Source: an uncultured Candidatus Saccharibacteria bacterium
GTDB taxonomy: Bacteria; Patescibacteriota; Minisyncoccia; UBA6257; 2-01-FULL-56-20
Direction: 5' to 3'
Length of the DNA: 40,038 nucleotides
Assembly (NCBI GenBank): GCA_964483045.1
Contig: CAYZZK010000001.1
Coordinates: 1 to 40,038 of the forward strand
A program made the position numbers and the translations under genes. Below are positions 16,473 through 26,060 of this stretch, in pieces. Position 1 is the first letter of the stretch. Each line of letters opens with the position of its first letter. Below the pieces are notes generated by a model. That model had not been told where the DNA came from and searched no databases. It was given only the letters and a program-made list of their open reading frames with translations.

Positions 16473-17180
16473 ATGAGCAATTCCGACAATTTCAGCCAAT
16501 TCTTTTCTAAGAAGGCATATGAACTAAGCTATGCTGCCTTTAGGATCGGATCAGTCGTACAACTTCAGGGATTTGTTGAGTCCTTATTGGGACAATCTTT
16601 TTCGCTCCTGGACCTAGCCGTGCGTGGCCGATACTCCGAGTGCAGGAATATTGCCGAATCAATGGAGTATTTATTGCGACTTGGAGGAGATGCTGGGATC
16701 GTCCACCCCAGAAATGTTGAAACCATGGTGCAAGAAATAGGGCAATTTAATTCGGCAATTGCCGAATACGAAAGAATGAAATCCCAGCCGGTGGCCGTAA
16801 GTCTTGAAGGATCATTTTCTGGGATGCCCGCTTCACGAGAAAAAACAGAAGGGTTAGCTAAGCTTATTTTTGCTCAAGCTCCGGTTAATGAAAAGATCAA
16901 TAGGGATTTCCCAAATGGAGATATTCAACAAACGCGGAAAGAAAATATTAGCCCGGATAAACCAATAACCCGGCAATCGGCAATTTTAGAAATAATTCGG
17001 CAAAGCGGCAATTGCCGATTAAAGGATGTACAAGACTATTTCAAGGAGGTGAGCGAGAGGACTATTCGTTATGACTTGCAGGATCTTATAGAACGTGGTC
17101 TACTGCTTAGAATTGGGAATGGCGGCCCTTCTACTTACTATAAAGTGAACCAGGTTGTCGAGGACAAGATTGCTCGCTAA
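16473..17180 (+). CDS. Transcriptional regulator with C-terminal DeoR-type winged HTH
   Basis: C-terminus ILEIIRQSGNCRLKDVQDYFKEVSERTIRYDLQDLIERGLLLRIGNGG matches the DeoR-HTH pattern. Helical N-terminal domain of unknown family. Confidence 0.6.
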   Translation: MSNSDNFSQFFSKKAYELSYAAFRIGSVVQLQGFVESLLGQSFSLLDLAVRGRYSECRNIAESMEYLLRLGGDAGIVHPRNVETMVQEIGQFNSAIAEYERMKSQPVAVSLEGSFSGMPASREKTEGLAKLIFAQAPVNEKINRDFPNGDIQQTRKENISPDKPITRQSAILEIIRQSGNCRLKDVQDYFKEVSERTIRYDLQDLIERGLLLRIGNGGPSTYYKVNQVVEDKIAR

Positions 17181-17394
17181 TTGTCAGTAACCTTTTCAAA
17201 GAGAAGTACGTTATAGGTTATGCACAGGTAAGTAACGGGTGTTCTGTTACAATGATGGAGGTTCAGATCCGGCCTAGGGTCGGAGAGTGAGTGAGGCCTG
17301 AACCAGAGTAGATAGTCAGCCAATGGGGCAGATCCCGACCGAGGGTTCTGTTTATAAATTTCTTAGCGGCTGAACCATAAACTCTCCAGTCGGC

Positions 17395-17420
17395 CTCGCT
17401 CAAAAAAGCGAGTTTTTGTT
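17395..17420 (+). terminator. Weak intrinsic terminator-like hairpin in the long leader of the surface-protein gene
   Basis: CTCGC-TCAAAAAA-GCGAG followed by TTTTTGTTT. The stem is only 5 bp. Confidence 0.35.
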
Positions 17421-17601
17421 TATAAATTAACCAAGATTAACAAAGAATTACATACCGCTCCTCTGCTACTGATCCTCACTTGGTTGGCGGCGGGTCGAAG
17501 CGAATGTGTGATTTTCAGAAAATTTTGAGAAAGGTCGACGACCTCAAACATCAAAAATACGGTCGATAAAATAAAGAAAGTCGAAAATTAAAAATTAATA
17601 C

Positions 17602-20600
17602 ATGAGTACATTCAGCAAAAAATTTGTTTCAACTGCGCTTACGGCAACCACTATGGTGTGGGCGTCTGGAGCGCTTCTTCTTTTCCCAGTTGCGAATGCG
17701 CAAACGACTGCTGACCTTCAAGCGCAGATAGCTGCACTTTTGGCGCAGATTCAACAGCTTCAGGCGCAACTCGGATCGCAAGGCTCAAGCATGTCTTCCT
17801 ACCACTTCACCCGCAACCTCACTGTGGGCAGTACAGGAGAAGATGTTAAAGCATTGCAGCAGTTCTTGAACGGACATGGGGTTTTGGTATCAGGAGGCAG
17901 CGGAGCAGGATCTCCTGGCCATGAATCAACATATTTCGGCGCTTTAACCAAAGCAGCTCTTGCTCAATGGCAAGGGTTAAACGGCATTTCTCCGGCTATT
18001 GGTTACTTCGGTCCCATAACGATGGCCCGAATCAACGGGTTGGTTCTAACGCCGCCGGGTCCACCGTCGGTCACACCCCCGGGAGTAGTCCCCTCGACTG
18101 GCTTGTGGGTAGGCTTGGCGTCGGATAACCCCGCACCCGGCTCACTTATCTCGAGTTCCGGTTCGGCGGCTGCGCGCGTACCGGTTTTGGCAGTTAATTT
18201 GACTGCAGGAACCGCGAGCGGTGTAACCGTTTCCGAACTTAAATTCAACAAACAGGGCGTTCTCTCTGACAGTTCCATTTCCGGAGCGTATGTAGTTGAG
18301 AACGGCAGAGTTATTGCGCAATACAATTCCATTGCAAGTGGAGTGATCGATTTCTCTGGATTGTCATTAAATATTGCGGCAGGACAGACGAGAAAGGTAT
18401 GGCTCGCCATTGATGTGGCAACTGGCCTTTCAGCTGGCAATACGGTTGGCTTTGGCATCAATTCCGCTTCCAACGTGACGGCGTGGGATGCGAATAATGC
18501 TTTAGTTTCAACGGCCGGCAACTTCCCGTTGAGCGGCAATACGTTCACGGTGACTTCCGTTTCCAACCCGAGTTTGGCGACTCTCGTTACCGCCTCGTCC
18601 TCAATAGGATCGAGCGTAACAGCAGGAACCAACAACAACTTGGTTGCGGCATGGAATTTCACCGCGGGCAACAGCCGAGTCAAACTTTCTTCCATCAACT
18701 TCCGCGTTATCGGTTCGGCGACGAAAACCGACATCCGAAACGTGAAATTGACGGTGAACGGAACTCAAGTTGGAAATACATTGGCGCAGGTTGATCCAGC
18801 GGGCAATGCCTACTTTGATCTAAGCTCGAATCCGGCTATTTTGAACACCGGTTCGAATAACCTCCAAGTATGGGCGGACATCATGGGATCTCCTTCATAC
18901 AACTTCCAATTCGAGATCTTGAACTCGTATGACATCCTCGCGATCGATTCGCAATACAACGTTCCGGTTTCTCCGACCATTGTGGGCGGAACTGGTACGC
19001 AGGTAACGATTCTTGCCGGAACCATCACGGTTTCGCAGGCGTCGAATACTCCGACCGGCAACATTGCTCCGGGACAATCGGGCGTTACACTTGCGAAATT
19101 CACGATCTATGCCGCTGGAGAAGCGGTGAAAGTGAAATGGCTGGGAGTTGGATTGAACATCACCGGTCTTACGAACGGATCGATGGACAACGCTTTCGGC
19201 AATTTGACGTTGGTTGACGATGCGGGCGGCCAAGTCGGCACCACGATCAATACGCTCTCAACGAGCGTAACGTGTACCGATACCGCATTCTCGAACACGA
19301 GCTCGAGCTACAGGAATTGTTTCGGCAACAGTTCTTCGCCGATCAATTACATAGTTCCGGCGAATACGACCCGCGTTTTGTCCTTGATTGTCGATGTCAA
19401 ATCAACGGCGGCGTTTACGAACGTAGCCGGAATCTTGACTGGCAACACGAACAACTTGCAGGGTCTTACGTCTGCGTCGACCGCTTCAAGCGCGTCGGTG
19501 ACCGGCAGTGCTCTAACCTTATCGGCTACGAGCTTGACGGTTGCGAGAAACAGCGCGATTGGATCGGTTACCCTTTCGGGCGGCGCATCGAATCGAAGAA
19601 TTGGTTCATATGCGTTCACGGCTTCTTCGGCTGAAGGAGTACGGATAAACAACTTGAACGTCGAAGCGAACGGCAATACGTGGAATAACTTGAGAGTGAT
19701 GGTCGGTTCTTCACAATTCGGAAATACGCAAGGAAGCGTGTCTTCGGGAACCGTCTACTCCTTCTCGGGTAGTCCATTTACAATCGCCGCGGGAGCTACG
19801 ACCTACGTTGATATCTATGCCGACACGATTTCGGGTTCGACAGGAACCATTTCGCCGGCAACGGTCTTGACGGGTTGTTCAGCAAGTGGACTTGTATCCT
19901 TCTCGTCAATAAGTTGCAGCTCTACGAACGGCCAAGCAATCGTATTTGCCGGGCAGCCGACAATTACGGTTACGGCTGATTCGGGGCAAGCTCCGTCGGA
20001 TCAACTCGTGATGGGTTCCACCGGGAATGCCCTCGCTACGTTCCGGTTTACAGAAACCTCGAACGTGGAAGATGTAAAGATCACCGATTTGAACGTCTTC
20101 CAGCAGGTGGCTGCGACAAACACGGTCAAGTCTGCCTTTGGCAACTTGAGCTTGTATAACGGCGCCACACTCCTCGGCACAGCTGGTTCGGCGAACACGG
20201 CCGCCTCGACCTCGAATCCTGGACCTGGGTATTACTACCAGTTCCACTTCTCGACTCCGGTGGTTGTGCCTCAAGCGAACTCGTTGATCTTGACCTTGAA
20301 GGGCGATGTGTCTTCGTATGCATCATCGGGTGCAACGGATAACACCACCCATGTCTTCAAGATCGCGACTTCTACTGATTCAGTGAATGATACGGTTGCA
20401 GAGACGGTAGTGGCCTTGGGTAACACCTCGAACGCTTCGTCTGCTATAACGTTATCTTCAGTGAACAGCAACACCATGACGGTACTCCGGAGCAATCTCT
20501 CATTCAGCAGGACAGCGCTTGGAACGAGCAATTCTCGATCTAAGACGGTGACCGATGACCTTGCGAACTTGACCTTTACAGCATCCTCTGCGGGATCTGT

Positions 20601-21018
20601 CGCGATCAACAGCATCGTCGTCCAGTTTGCAGGAACTGCTCCATCGCTCGGCACATTCCTTGACGGCGTGTCGCTCATCGATGAAAGCGGTAACAACCTG
20701 GGAACTAACAACACCACCTCCTCTGCCTGTGACCCGAGCGCTAGCGCGTGTACGAAGACCTTTAACTTGGGTTCGACCACAAACGGTCAGACCGTAAGTG
20801 CGGGGGCTTCGCGGACATTCCGGCTCCGAGTTGACTCGACAAAGACTGCGGTTGCTGCGTCAGGTGTTTCCAAGACCCTCACTGCTACAATCAACGCGGT
20901 AACATCCATACAGTTTACGGATGCGCTTGATGGTGCAGCTTCAACGGGACTTGGATTGCCTACCAAGACAATCACTCCGATCGAACTCAACTCTGTGACG
21001 TACGCTCAAGGCACGTAA
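17602..21018 (+). CDS. Large secreted surface protein: signal peptide, coiled coil, PG_binding_1 domain, long Ser/Thr/Ala/Gly-rich beta-repeat region
   Basis: 1138 aa. N-terminal signal (ALLLFPVANA/QT). LQAQIAALLAQIQQLQAQL. PG-binding block GSTGEDVKALQQFLN...YFGALTKAALAQWQ. Repetitive remainder. Confidence 0.8.
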   Translation: MSTFSKKFVSTALTATTMVWASGALLLFPVANAQTTADLQAQIAALLAQIQQLQAQLGSQGSSMSSYHFTRNLTVGSTGEDVKALQQFLNGHGVLVSGGSGAGSPGHESTYFGALTKAALAQWQGLNGISPAIGYFGPITMARINGLVLTPPGPPSVTPPGVVPSTGLWVGLASDNPAPGSLISSSGSAAARVPVLAVNLTAGTASGVTVSELKFNKQGVLSDSSISGAYVVENGRVIAQYNSIASGVIDFSGLSLNIAAGQTRKVWLAIDVATGLSAGNTVGFGINSASNVTAWDANNALVSTAGNFPLSGNTFTVTSVSNPSLATLVTASSSIGSSVTAGTNNNLVAAWNFTAGNSRVKLSSINFRVIGSATKTDIRNVKLTVNGTQVGNTLAQVDPAGNAYFDLSSNPAILNTGSNNLQVWADIMGSPSYNFQFEILNSYDILAIDSQYNVPVSPTIVGGTGTQVTILAGTITVSQASNTPTGNIAPGQSGVTLAKFTIYAAGEAVKVKWLGVGLNITGLTNGSMDNAFGNLTLVDDAGGQVGTTINTLSTSVTCTDTAFSNTSSSYRNCFGNSSSPINYIVPANTTRVLSLIVDVKSTAAFTNVAGILTGNTNNLQGLTSASTASSASVTGSALTLSATSLTVARNSAIGSVTLSGGASNRRIGSYAFTASSAEGVRINNLNVEANGNTWNNLRVMVGSSQFGNTQGSVSSGTVYSFSGSPFTIAAGATTYVDIYADTISGSTGTISPATVLTGCSASGLVSFSSISCSSTNGQAIVFAGQPTITVTADSGQAPSDQLVMGSTGNALATFRFTETSNVEDVKITDLNVFQQVAATNTVKSAFGNLSLYNGATLLGTAGSANTAASTSNPGPGYYYQFHFSTPVVVPQANSLILTLKGDVSSYASSGATDNTTHVFKIATSTDSVNDTVAETVVALGNTSNASSAITLSSVNSNTMTVLRSNLSFSRTALGTSNSRSKTVTDDLANLTFTASSAGSVAINSIVVQFAGTAPSLGTFLDGVSLIDESGNNLGTNNTTSSACDPSASACTKTFNLGSTTNGQTVSAGASRTFRLRVDSTKTAVAASGVSKTLTATINAVTSIQFTDALDGAASTGLGLPTKTITPIELNSVTYAQGT

Positions 21019-21058
21019 GCCAGAGTGGCTTAAGGCAACGGCTTGAGACCTTGCCTAG

Positions 21059-21100
21059 AAACCAAACCCCTCCGATTTCGATCGGAGGGGTTTTGGTTTG
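21059..21100 (+). terminator. Intrinsic terminator after the surface-protein gene
   Basis: AACCAAACCCCTCCGAT-TTC-GATCGGAGGGGTTTTGGTTT: a long GC-rich stem plus a T-run. Confidence 0.8.
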
Positions 21101-21176
21101 GGGTGGGTTAGGGTAGAATGTTAAAAAATATTACGATTTCGTGAACTTAGTCCGCTCGGCCGCAATGAAATAGACT

Positions 21177-21205
21177 TTGACTGCGGCCACGCTCTCAAAT
21201 ATAAA
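21177..21205 (+). promoter_or_regulatory. Sigma70-like promoter
   Basis: TTGACT (21177-21182), 17-nt spacer, TATAAA (21200-21205), upstream of the ATG at 21228. Confidence 0.5.
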
Positions 21206-21227
21206 ACATGAAGTTTGTCTCTAATCT

Positions 21228-23651
21228 ATGCACGTAAAGAAGATTCTTTTGTACACGGCCACAACCCTCATCTTCGCGATCCTTATCGGTACGCCACTTT
21301 TTTACTTGAGACAAGGGGTATATCCCTACATTTTTTCAAAGACACTCTTTTTCCAGTTTCTGGTCGAGATTTTATTTGTTGTGTGGCTTGTCTTGGCCAT
21401 TTTTGAGCCGCGGTATCGGCCTAAAAAAACTCCGATTGTTGCCGGGGGAGCGGTTTTTTTAGGAGTTTTGATCTTGACTTCGCTTTTCGGCGTTGATCCG
21501 TATCGAAGTTTTTGGTCCACGTATGAAAGGATGCTCGGCATTTTTACGATTTTGCATCTCGCCGCATTCGCACTCGTCATTTCGTCGCTCTACAGAGAAA
21601 TCCCCTGGAAAAAGATTTTATTTGCCTCGCTTGCGACTGCGGCGTTCGTGAGCATTCTGGCTCTCTTTCAAAAAAAGATTCCGAACCTTTTGATGGTTGA
21701 GCCCGGCATCATAGGCCGTCCTGGCTCGACATTCGGGAATCCGACATTCCTGGCGGGCTACTTGTCATTTAATATTTTTATAGGGCTATATCTGTTTTTA
21801 GATATATTCCATATTTCAGACGGGACGCATAACGCCGGTCGAACCAAGAGCAATATTTTATATGCCTCCTCGAAAGCCATCGTCGTACTCGCGTTGGCGC
21901 TTCTCTGCCTTACGGCTCTTTTCCTTTCGGAAACCAGGGGAGACATTCTGGGCTTGGGGGTTGGGCTTCTGGCTCTCCTTTGTATTTTTGCGTTCCGCCC
22001 TCCCGAGATTTCCGGCGTGCTTTCGTCCAGGCGTTTATATGCGGGGCTGCTTCTTTCCCTGTGTTTGGCCGGCTCATTTTTTTGGTTTACGCGGCAAAAT
22101 AATTTCTGGGAAGGCGTCCCGGGGCTAAATCGTTTCCGAGATGTCTCGGTTTCTATATCCGAGTCCAATACCTCCCTTCTTCCCCGGCTTATCGCGCTTA
22201 GGGCCGCCTGGAGCGGATTTTTGGAGCGACCGATCCTCGGGTGGGGATGGGAAAATTTTAATGTGCCTTACAATAAATATTATGATCCGCGGGCGCTGGA
22301 ATTAAATTATCAGGAAACCCGATTCGATAAGCCCCACAATTTTGTCTTAGAAGATTTAGTTTCCGGAGGGTTGCCATTGCTCCTCGCGCGGATTGTTTTT
22401 TTCGCATTATTCGTTTTCGAAGCGCTTAAAACGAGGAGTTTATTCGGGCGTTTCGCGGTTGCGGCGCTCGCGGCTTTTGTCGCGCGCGATCTCTTTATAT
22501 TCGATACTATCGGCCCAACGCTTATGTTTTATGGGTTGCTGGGGATGGTGGATGGAGAATATAGGTTGTACGCGCAGGCAGAAACGCGGCCTGTTCCTCA
22601 CCTCGACAAACTCGATAGCAAAAAAAACAGTTTATCTCCATATGCCTTAATACTCGTTGGCGCAGGGATAGTTATGGCCTATTTGCTTAATGTCCCGAGC
22701 GTGGAAGCCGTTTACCACGAATTTTTCGGTTTTAAGAGATTCCATAGTAATCCGACGCAGGCCATTGCGGATTTCGATAAGGCGCTGGCCAAGTGGAGCC
22801 CTTATCGGTGGAACTTTGTCCGCGATTTTGCTGCCGCGGTTTCGGAAGCATATTTCTACAATCCCGGAGTCATAAAAAAGGAAGACGCGATACGCGCGGT
22901 GCGGGAGATGGAGGCCGTCGCCAGGGAGCATTCAGCAGATGCTTACAACCATTACTCGCTCGTGGATATGTATAATCAGATCTCGGACATCGACCCAGAA
23001 AGTTTTTTGGCAGCAGCCGATCGCGAAGCGAAAATTGCGCTTGAGCTCTCTCCTCGGCGGCAAGAAATATATTTTTCAATGGCGAAAACAAAATCGTTGC
23101 GTGGAGATTACAAAGGGGCGTTGGCTATTCTGAAGGAGGCATTAGATCTCGACCCGAAAGTTTCGGATGCCCATTTCTACTACGGTTTACTCCTGTCGGC
23201 GAATAAGGATTTTGCAGGAGGGTATATGGAGTTGAAGAAGGCGATATCTTTGGGTAAGCAATGGAAGAATTATTATGAGCCGCGCACGGTTGCGGATTAT
23301 TTTGCCCAGGCTGGGCATACCGACGAGGCGATAGAACTTTATCGGGTTGCAGTGCAAATGGCTCCGGATGATCTGGAAACGATGCTTGAATTCGGAGACT
23401 TTTTAGCTGATTTGGGCCCCGGACATATTCACGAGGCGATAGATATCTACAATGCCGCCTTAAGCGGGCATCCAGGCAACCTGGAAGTGGAGCTTAAGCT
23501 TGGAATTGCCTACTTTTATACCGGAGACTACGTGAGTTCGAGGAAATATCTGAGCGATATAGCGGCGCGATTTGATTTTACAAAGAGCCCTTCGTATGCT
23601 TCACTAAAACCGATCCTTGACCAGCTTGGGATCAAGGTTGAATCGAAGTAG
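21228..23651 (+). CDS. O-antigen ligase/polymerase-like (Wzy_C) polytopic membrane protein with C-terminal TPR repeats
   Basis: About 12 TM helices with a large loop. ETRGDILGLGVG-type Wzy_C region. The C-terminal ~300 aa carry TPR-like repeats (ALDLDPKVSDAHFYYGLLL, AIELYRVAVQMAPDD). Confidence 0.7.
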   Translation: MHVKKILLYTATTLIFAILIGTPLFYLRQGVYPYIFSKTLFFQFLVEILFVVWLVLAIFEPRYRPKKTPIVAGGAVFLGVLILTSLFGVDPYRSFWSTYERMLGIFTILHLAAFALVISSLYREIPWKKILFASLATAAFVSILALFQKKIPNLLMVEPGIIGRPGSTFGNPTFLAGYLSFNIFIGLYLFLDIFHISDGTHNAGRTKSNILYASSKAIVVLALALLCLTALFLSETRGDILGLGVGLLALLCIFAFRPPEISGVLSSRRLYAGLLLSLCLAGSFFWFTRQNNFWEGVPGLNRFRDVSVSISESNTSLLPRLIALRAAWSGFLERPILGWGWENFNVPYNKYYDPRALELNYQETRFDKPHNFVLEDLVSGGLPLLLARIVFFALFVFEALKTRSLFGRFAVAALAAFVARDLFIFDTIGPTLMFYGLLGMVDGEYRLYAQAETRPVPHLDKLDSKKNSLSPYALILVGAGIVMAYLLNVPSVEAVYHEFFGFKRFHSNPTQAIADFDKALAKWSPYRWNFVRDFAAAVSEAYFYNPGVIKKEDAIRAVREMEAVAREHSADAYNHYSLVDMYNQISDIDPESFLAAADREAKIALELSPRRQEIYFSMAKTKSLRGDYKGALAILKEALDLDPKVSDAHFYYGLLLSANKDFAGGYMELKKAISLGKQWKNYYEPRTVADYFAQAGHTDEAIELYRVAVQMAPDDLETMLEFGDFLADLGPGHIHEAIDIYNAALSGHPGNLEVELKLGIAYFYTGDYVSSRKYLSDIAARFDFTKSPSYASLKPILDQLGIKVESK

Positions 23652-23722
23652 CACTTTACCCTTGTATTTGCTATACTTAGCCATATAGAAAGGTCGAGCA
23701 AGTTTACTTTTTAAACACACGC

Positions 23723-23998
23723 ATGACTAAAGATGGATTGGTTGAGGCCATCATGAAAGAGGCAAATCTTGAGACAAAAGCCGCAGCGCAGCGAATAGTT
23801 GAAGCGGTGCTTGATACTATTGCGAAAACCTTGAGCCGCGGAGAAGATGTTGCTATCACCGGTTTTGGAACGTTTATGGTTGCGAAACGGGCAGCGCGAC
23901 AGGGAAGGAACCCGAAAACCGGGGAAACCATCCAAATCGCCGCTTCCACGAAGCCGAAGTTTAAGCCCGGGAAAGGCCTCAAAGACGCCGTAAAATAA
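23723..23998 (+). CDS. hup: Nucleoid-associated DNA-binding protein HU
   Basis: 91 aa. GFGTF and RNPKTGE signature arm. Confidence 0.9.
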   Translation: MTKDGLVEAIMKEANLETKAAAQRIVEAVLDTIAKTLSRGEDVAITGFGTFMVAKRAARQGRNPKTGETIQIAASTKPKFKPGKGLKDAVK

Positions 23999-24015
23999 CT
24001 GACGTAAGTTTTAGC

Positions 24016-24050
24016 AAAAACCCGGCGAGTTCTGCTTGCCGGGTTTTTGT
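24016..24050. terminator. Bidirectional intrinsic terminator between convergent genes
   Basis: AAAAACCCGGC-GAGTTCTGCTT-GCCGGGTTTTT. Confidence 0.75.
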
Positions 24051-24071
24051 TTGCGTATGTTGCTTGAAATG

Positions 24072-24830
24072 CTATTTTTTATCGGGCTGGTGTATTTGGG
24101 ATGTAAGCGCATTTATTTCTTCCACGAGCGCGTAAAGCATTTTGTATGTGCCCGAGAGGTCCTCGAGAGACAGCTTTATTGAAGCAAGGGTTTTTTCCGG
24201 AGGATCAAAGTTTCGTAGGTCTTCCTTCGCGTTTTGGTTTGCTTGGAGGGCATTCGCGAAAAGCCCGTTTATTTCCCCCCATTTTTTTTGAATCGATTCA
24301 GTTTCAATCACCTTAAGCAGCGTTATCGTGCCGTTCGTTTGGTCGAGACGACTTTGAGCCGTGCTCAACAAGGTTTGATTTTCAGACCACACGATAAAAT
24401 TCGACGCGGTTTTCGCAATGGGGGCGTAATTCCCCTGGCGCCACGCAAGGAGGTCTTTGGAGAAATAGCGGCTTCCTTCGAGACCTAGATTCGGCACGTT
24501 CCCGAGTTGAAGCTTATAATATTCGATGGCATTTCCAAGAAGATTCGAGATTTTATAGCCCGTATCTTCGGTTTCCGTATTGGCAAAGGTATCGACCTTC
24601 GCTTTGAGCGCTGAAGCTTCTTCCACGGCGCAGTCGATGACCGTTCCGATGAGCTCTTTCCGAGCTGCGAGCTCTTTCTGTAGTTTTTGGAAATAATCCT
24701 GGGAGTCGTCGGCGGAGAGCAAGCCGTCAAACTTGGATTGGCTCAAGGAGCACTCCTTTGCGTGCGCCGAAAGGCCAGTTCCCGCAAATACCAAAAAAAT
24801 TCCAGCTATCCAAATCTTTTTTGCACTCAT
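24072..24830 (-). CDS. Secreted protein of unknown function (third gene of the ECF sigma operon)
   Basis: N-terminal signal peptide (IAGIFLVFAGTGLSAHA). Helical remainder. Follows the anti-sigma-like gene by 16 nt. Confidence 0.55.
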   Translation of the reverse strand: MSAKKIWIAGIFLVFAGTGLSAHAKECSLSQSKFDGLLSADDSQDYFQKLQKELAARKELIGTVIDCAVEEASALKAKVDTFANTETEDTGYKISNLLGNAIEYYKLQLGNVPNLGLEGSRYFSKDLLAWRQGNYAPIAKTASNFIVWSENQTLLSTAQSRLDQTNGTITLLKVIETESIQKKWGEINGLFANALQANQNAKEDLRNFDPPEKTLASIKLSLEDLSGTYKMLYALVEEINALTSQIHQPDKK

Positions 24831-24846
24831 TGGTCTGGACTATTTT

Positions 24847-25350
24847 TTATTCCGAGAGTTTTTCTAGAGCTTCGTCGATTGAGAGCGTTTCGTCGCTGCT
24901 CGGCGAGGACGTCGCAATAGTGCTTGACGTCTCTTTCGGCTGCTGTGATAGCGAGGTGTTTCCGGTATAAGTTTTTTCCGATGTTTTTGGGATCGAGGGC
25001 TCTGCAGAAGGAGCAGTTGACTCGGCAGCGCCCGCAATTTCGTCGTAGTTGAGGTTTGTAAGTTGTATTTGGATATCGACGGCCTGCGCCTCTGCTTTGA
25101 GATCCGTCGTATCTAGGTTCGAAAGTTTAAAAGGCGAAAGAAGTTTCCACGCTGAAAATCCGCCGAGGATCGTGATTATTAAAATTCCGGCAAGCGCGAA
25201 AGAGGCGCCCAACTCGACATTCTTTAAAATAACGTCCCACACATTTCTCCGTTTTTGCGCTCCCATGATCAAAAGACGCGATTGTTCCGTAAATCGCTTA
25301 TTCGCTTCTATTATTTGGAGCTTCTTGAGTTGTTTAAGTATGTCTTCCAT
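24847..25350 (-). CDS. Single-pass membrane protein, putative anti-sigma factor
   Basis: 167 aa. One TM helix (ASFALAGILIITILGGF). Its start lies 1 nt after the sigma gene stop. Ser/Thr/Pro-rich extracytoplasmic tail. Confidence 0.45.
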   Translation of the reverse strand: MEDILKQLKKLQIIEANKRFTEQSRLLIMGAQKRRNVWDVILKNVELGASFALAGILIITILGGFSAWKLLSPFKLSNLDTTDLKAEAQAVDIQIQLTNLNYDEIAGAAESTAPSAEPSIPKTSEKTYTGNTSLSQQPKETSSTIATSSPSSDETLSIDEALEKLSE

Positions 25351-25351
25351 C

Positions 25352-25900
25352 TTAGCTTTGAGCTTCCTCGCCCAATATTTTTTGCAGTTCCTTAATCGCC
25401 CGATGTTGAAGAAGTTTTATGGCACCTTCGCTCTTGTCGATCGCCAGCGCGGTTTCCCTGATCGGCAAATCTTCTACAAATCTCATGATAATCACGTCTT
25501 GGTATTCGGGCTTCAACTTCCGGATCGCACTTTTTACTCGCTCCATCTCCAGTTTTTCGAGGAGATCGCCGGGAAGAGAGTGTTCGACCGGCGCTTCTTC
25601 GGGATCGGCATCATCAAGACTTTCGGTTGTTCTTTTCCCCCGATAGTAATCAACAACATGATTCCGGGCAATTCTGTAGAGCCAGCTCGAAAAAGGAAAT
25701 CCCAAATCTCGGTAGGACTCGATGCTTTGCCACGCTTTTAAAAAAACTTGGTGGGTAAGATCCTCGGCCTCCTCACGGTGGCTCACTTTGACCAATGCAA
25801 ACCGATATATTTTCGGTTGGTAGTGATCGTAGAGCAGGCCAAAGGCCGAGGAATCTCCCCTGACGGCGCGTTTTATGATGTGTACTTCGCCATCTAACAT
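25352..25900 (-). CDS. ECF-type RNA polymerase sigma factor (sigma-70 family, group 4)
   Basis: Region 2 (FGLLYDHYQPKIYRFAL...AEDLTHQVFLKAW) and a region 4 HTH (DLPIRETALAIDKSEGAIKLLQHRAIKEL). Confidence 0.85.
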   Translation of the reverse strand: MLDGEVHIIKRAVRGDSSAFGLLYDHYQPKIYRFALVKVSHREEAEDLTHQVFLKAWQSIESYRDLGFPFSSWLYRIARNHVVDYYRGKRTTESLDDADPEEAPVEHSLPGDLLEKLEMERVKSAIRKLKPEYQDVIIMRFVEDLPIRETALAIDKSEGAIKLLQHRAIKELQKILGEEAQS

Positions 25901-26041
25901 GGATAACGTAATTGAGCGAAATTAGTTACTTTGGTGCCTCTGTTTCGCATGAGATTTATCGTACGGTTTCGGAGGGGGATAGTCAAAACGCGCTCTCGAA
26001 ATTAAAACAGCCATCTTTTGGATGGATATTATAATTTCGGT

Positions 26042-26060
26042 TGAGCGGGATACCGGAATC
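26042..26060 (-). repeat. 19-nt duplicate of the tRNA-Gly 3' end (att-like direct repeat)
   Basis: TGAGCGGGATACCGGAATC is identical to 26249-26267. Confidence 0.85.

Noticed and set aside
17260-17350. Resemblance of CTAGGGT...CGGAGAG to the ykkC/guanidine-I riboswitch, and of GTCAGCCAATGGGGCAG to SRP RNA domain IV.
   Set aside because: The other conserved blocks of those families are absent (ACACGG...GCCCGGGAGA for ykkC; the GGAA tetraloop helix for SRP), and the spacing is wrong. The region is kept only as an unclassified candidate.
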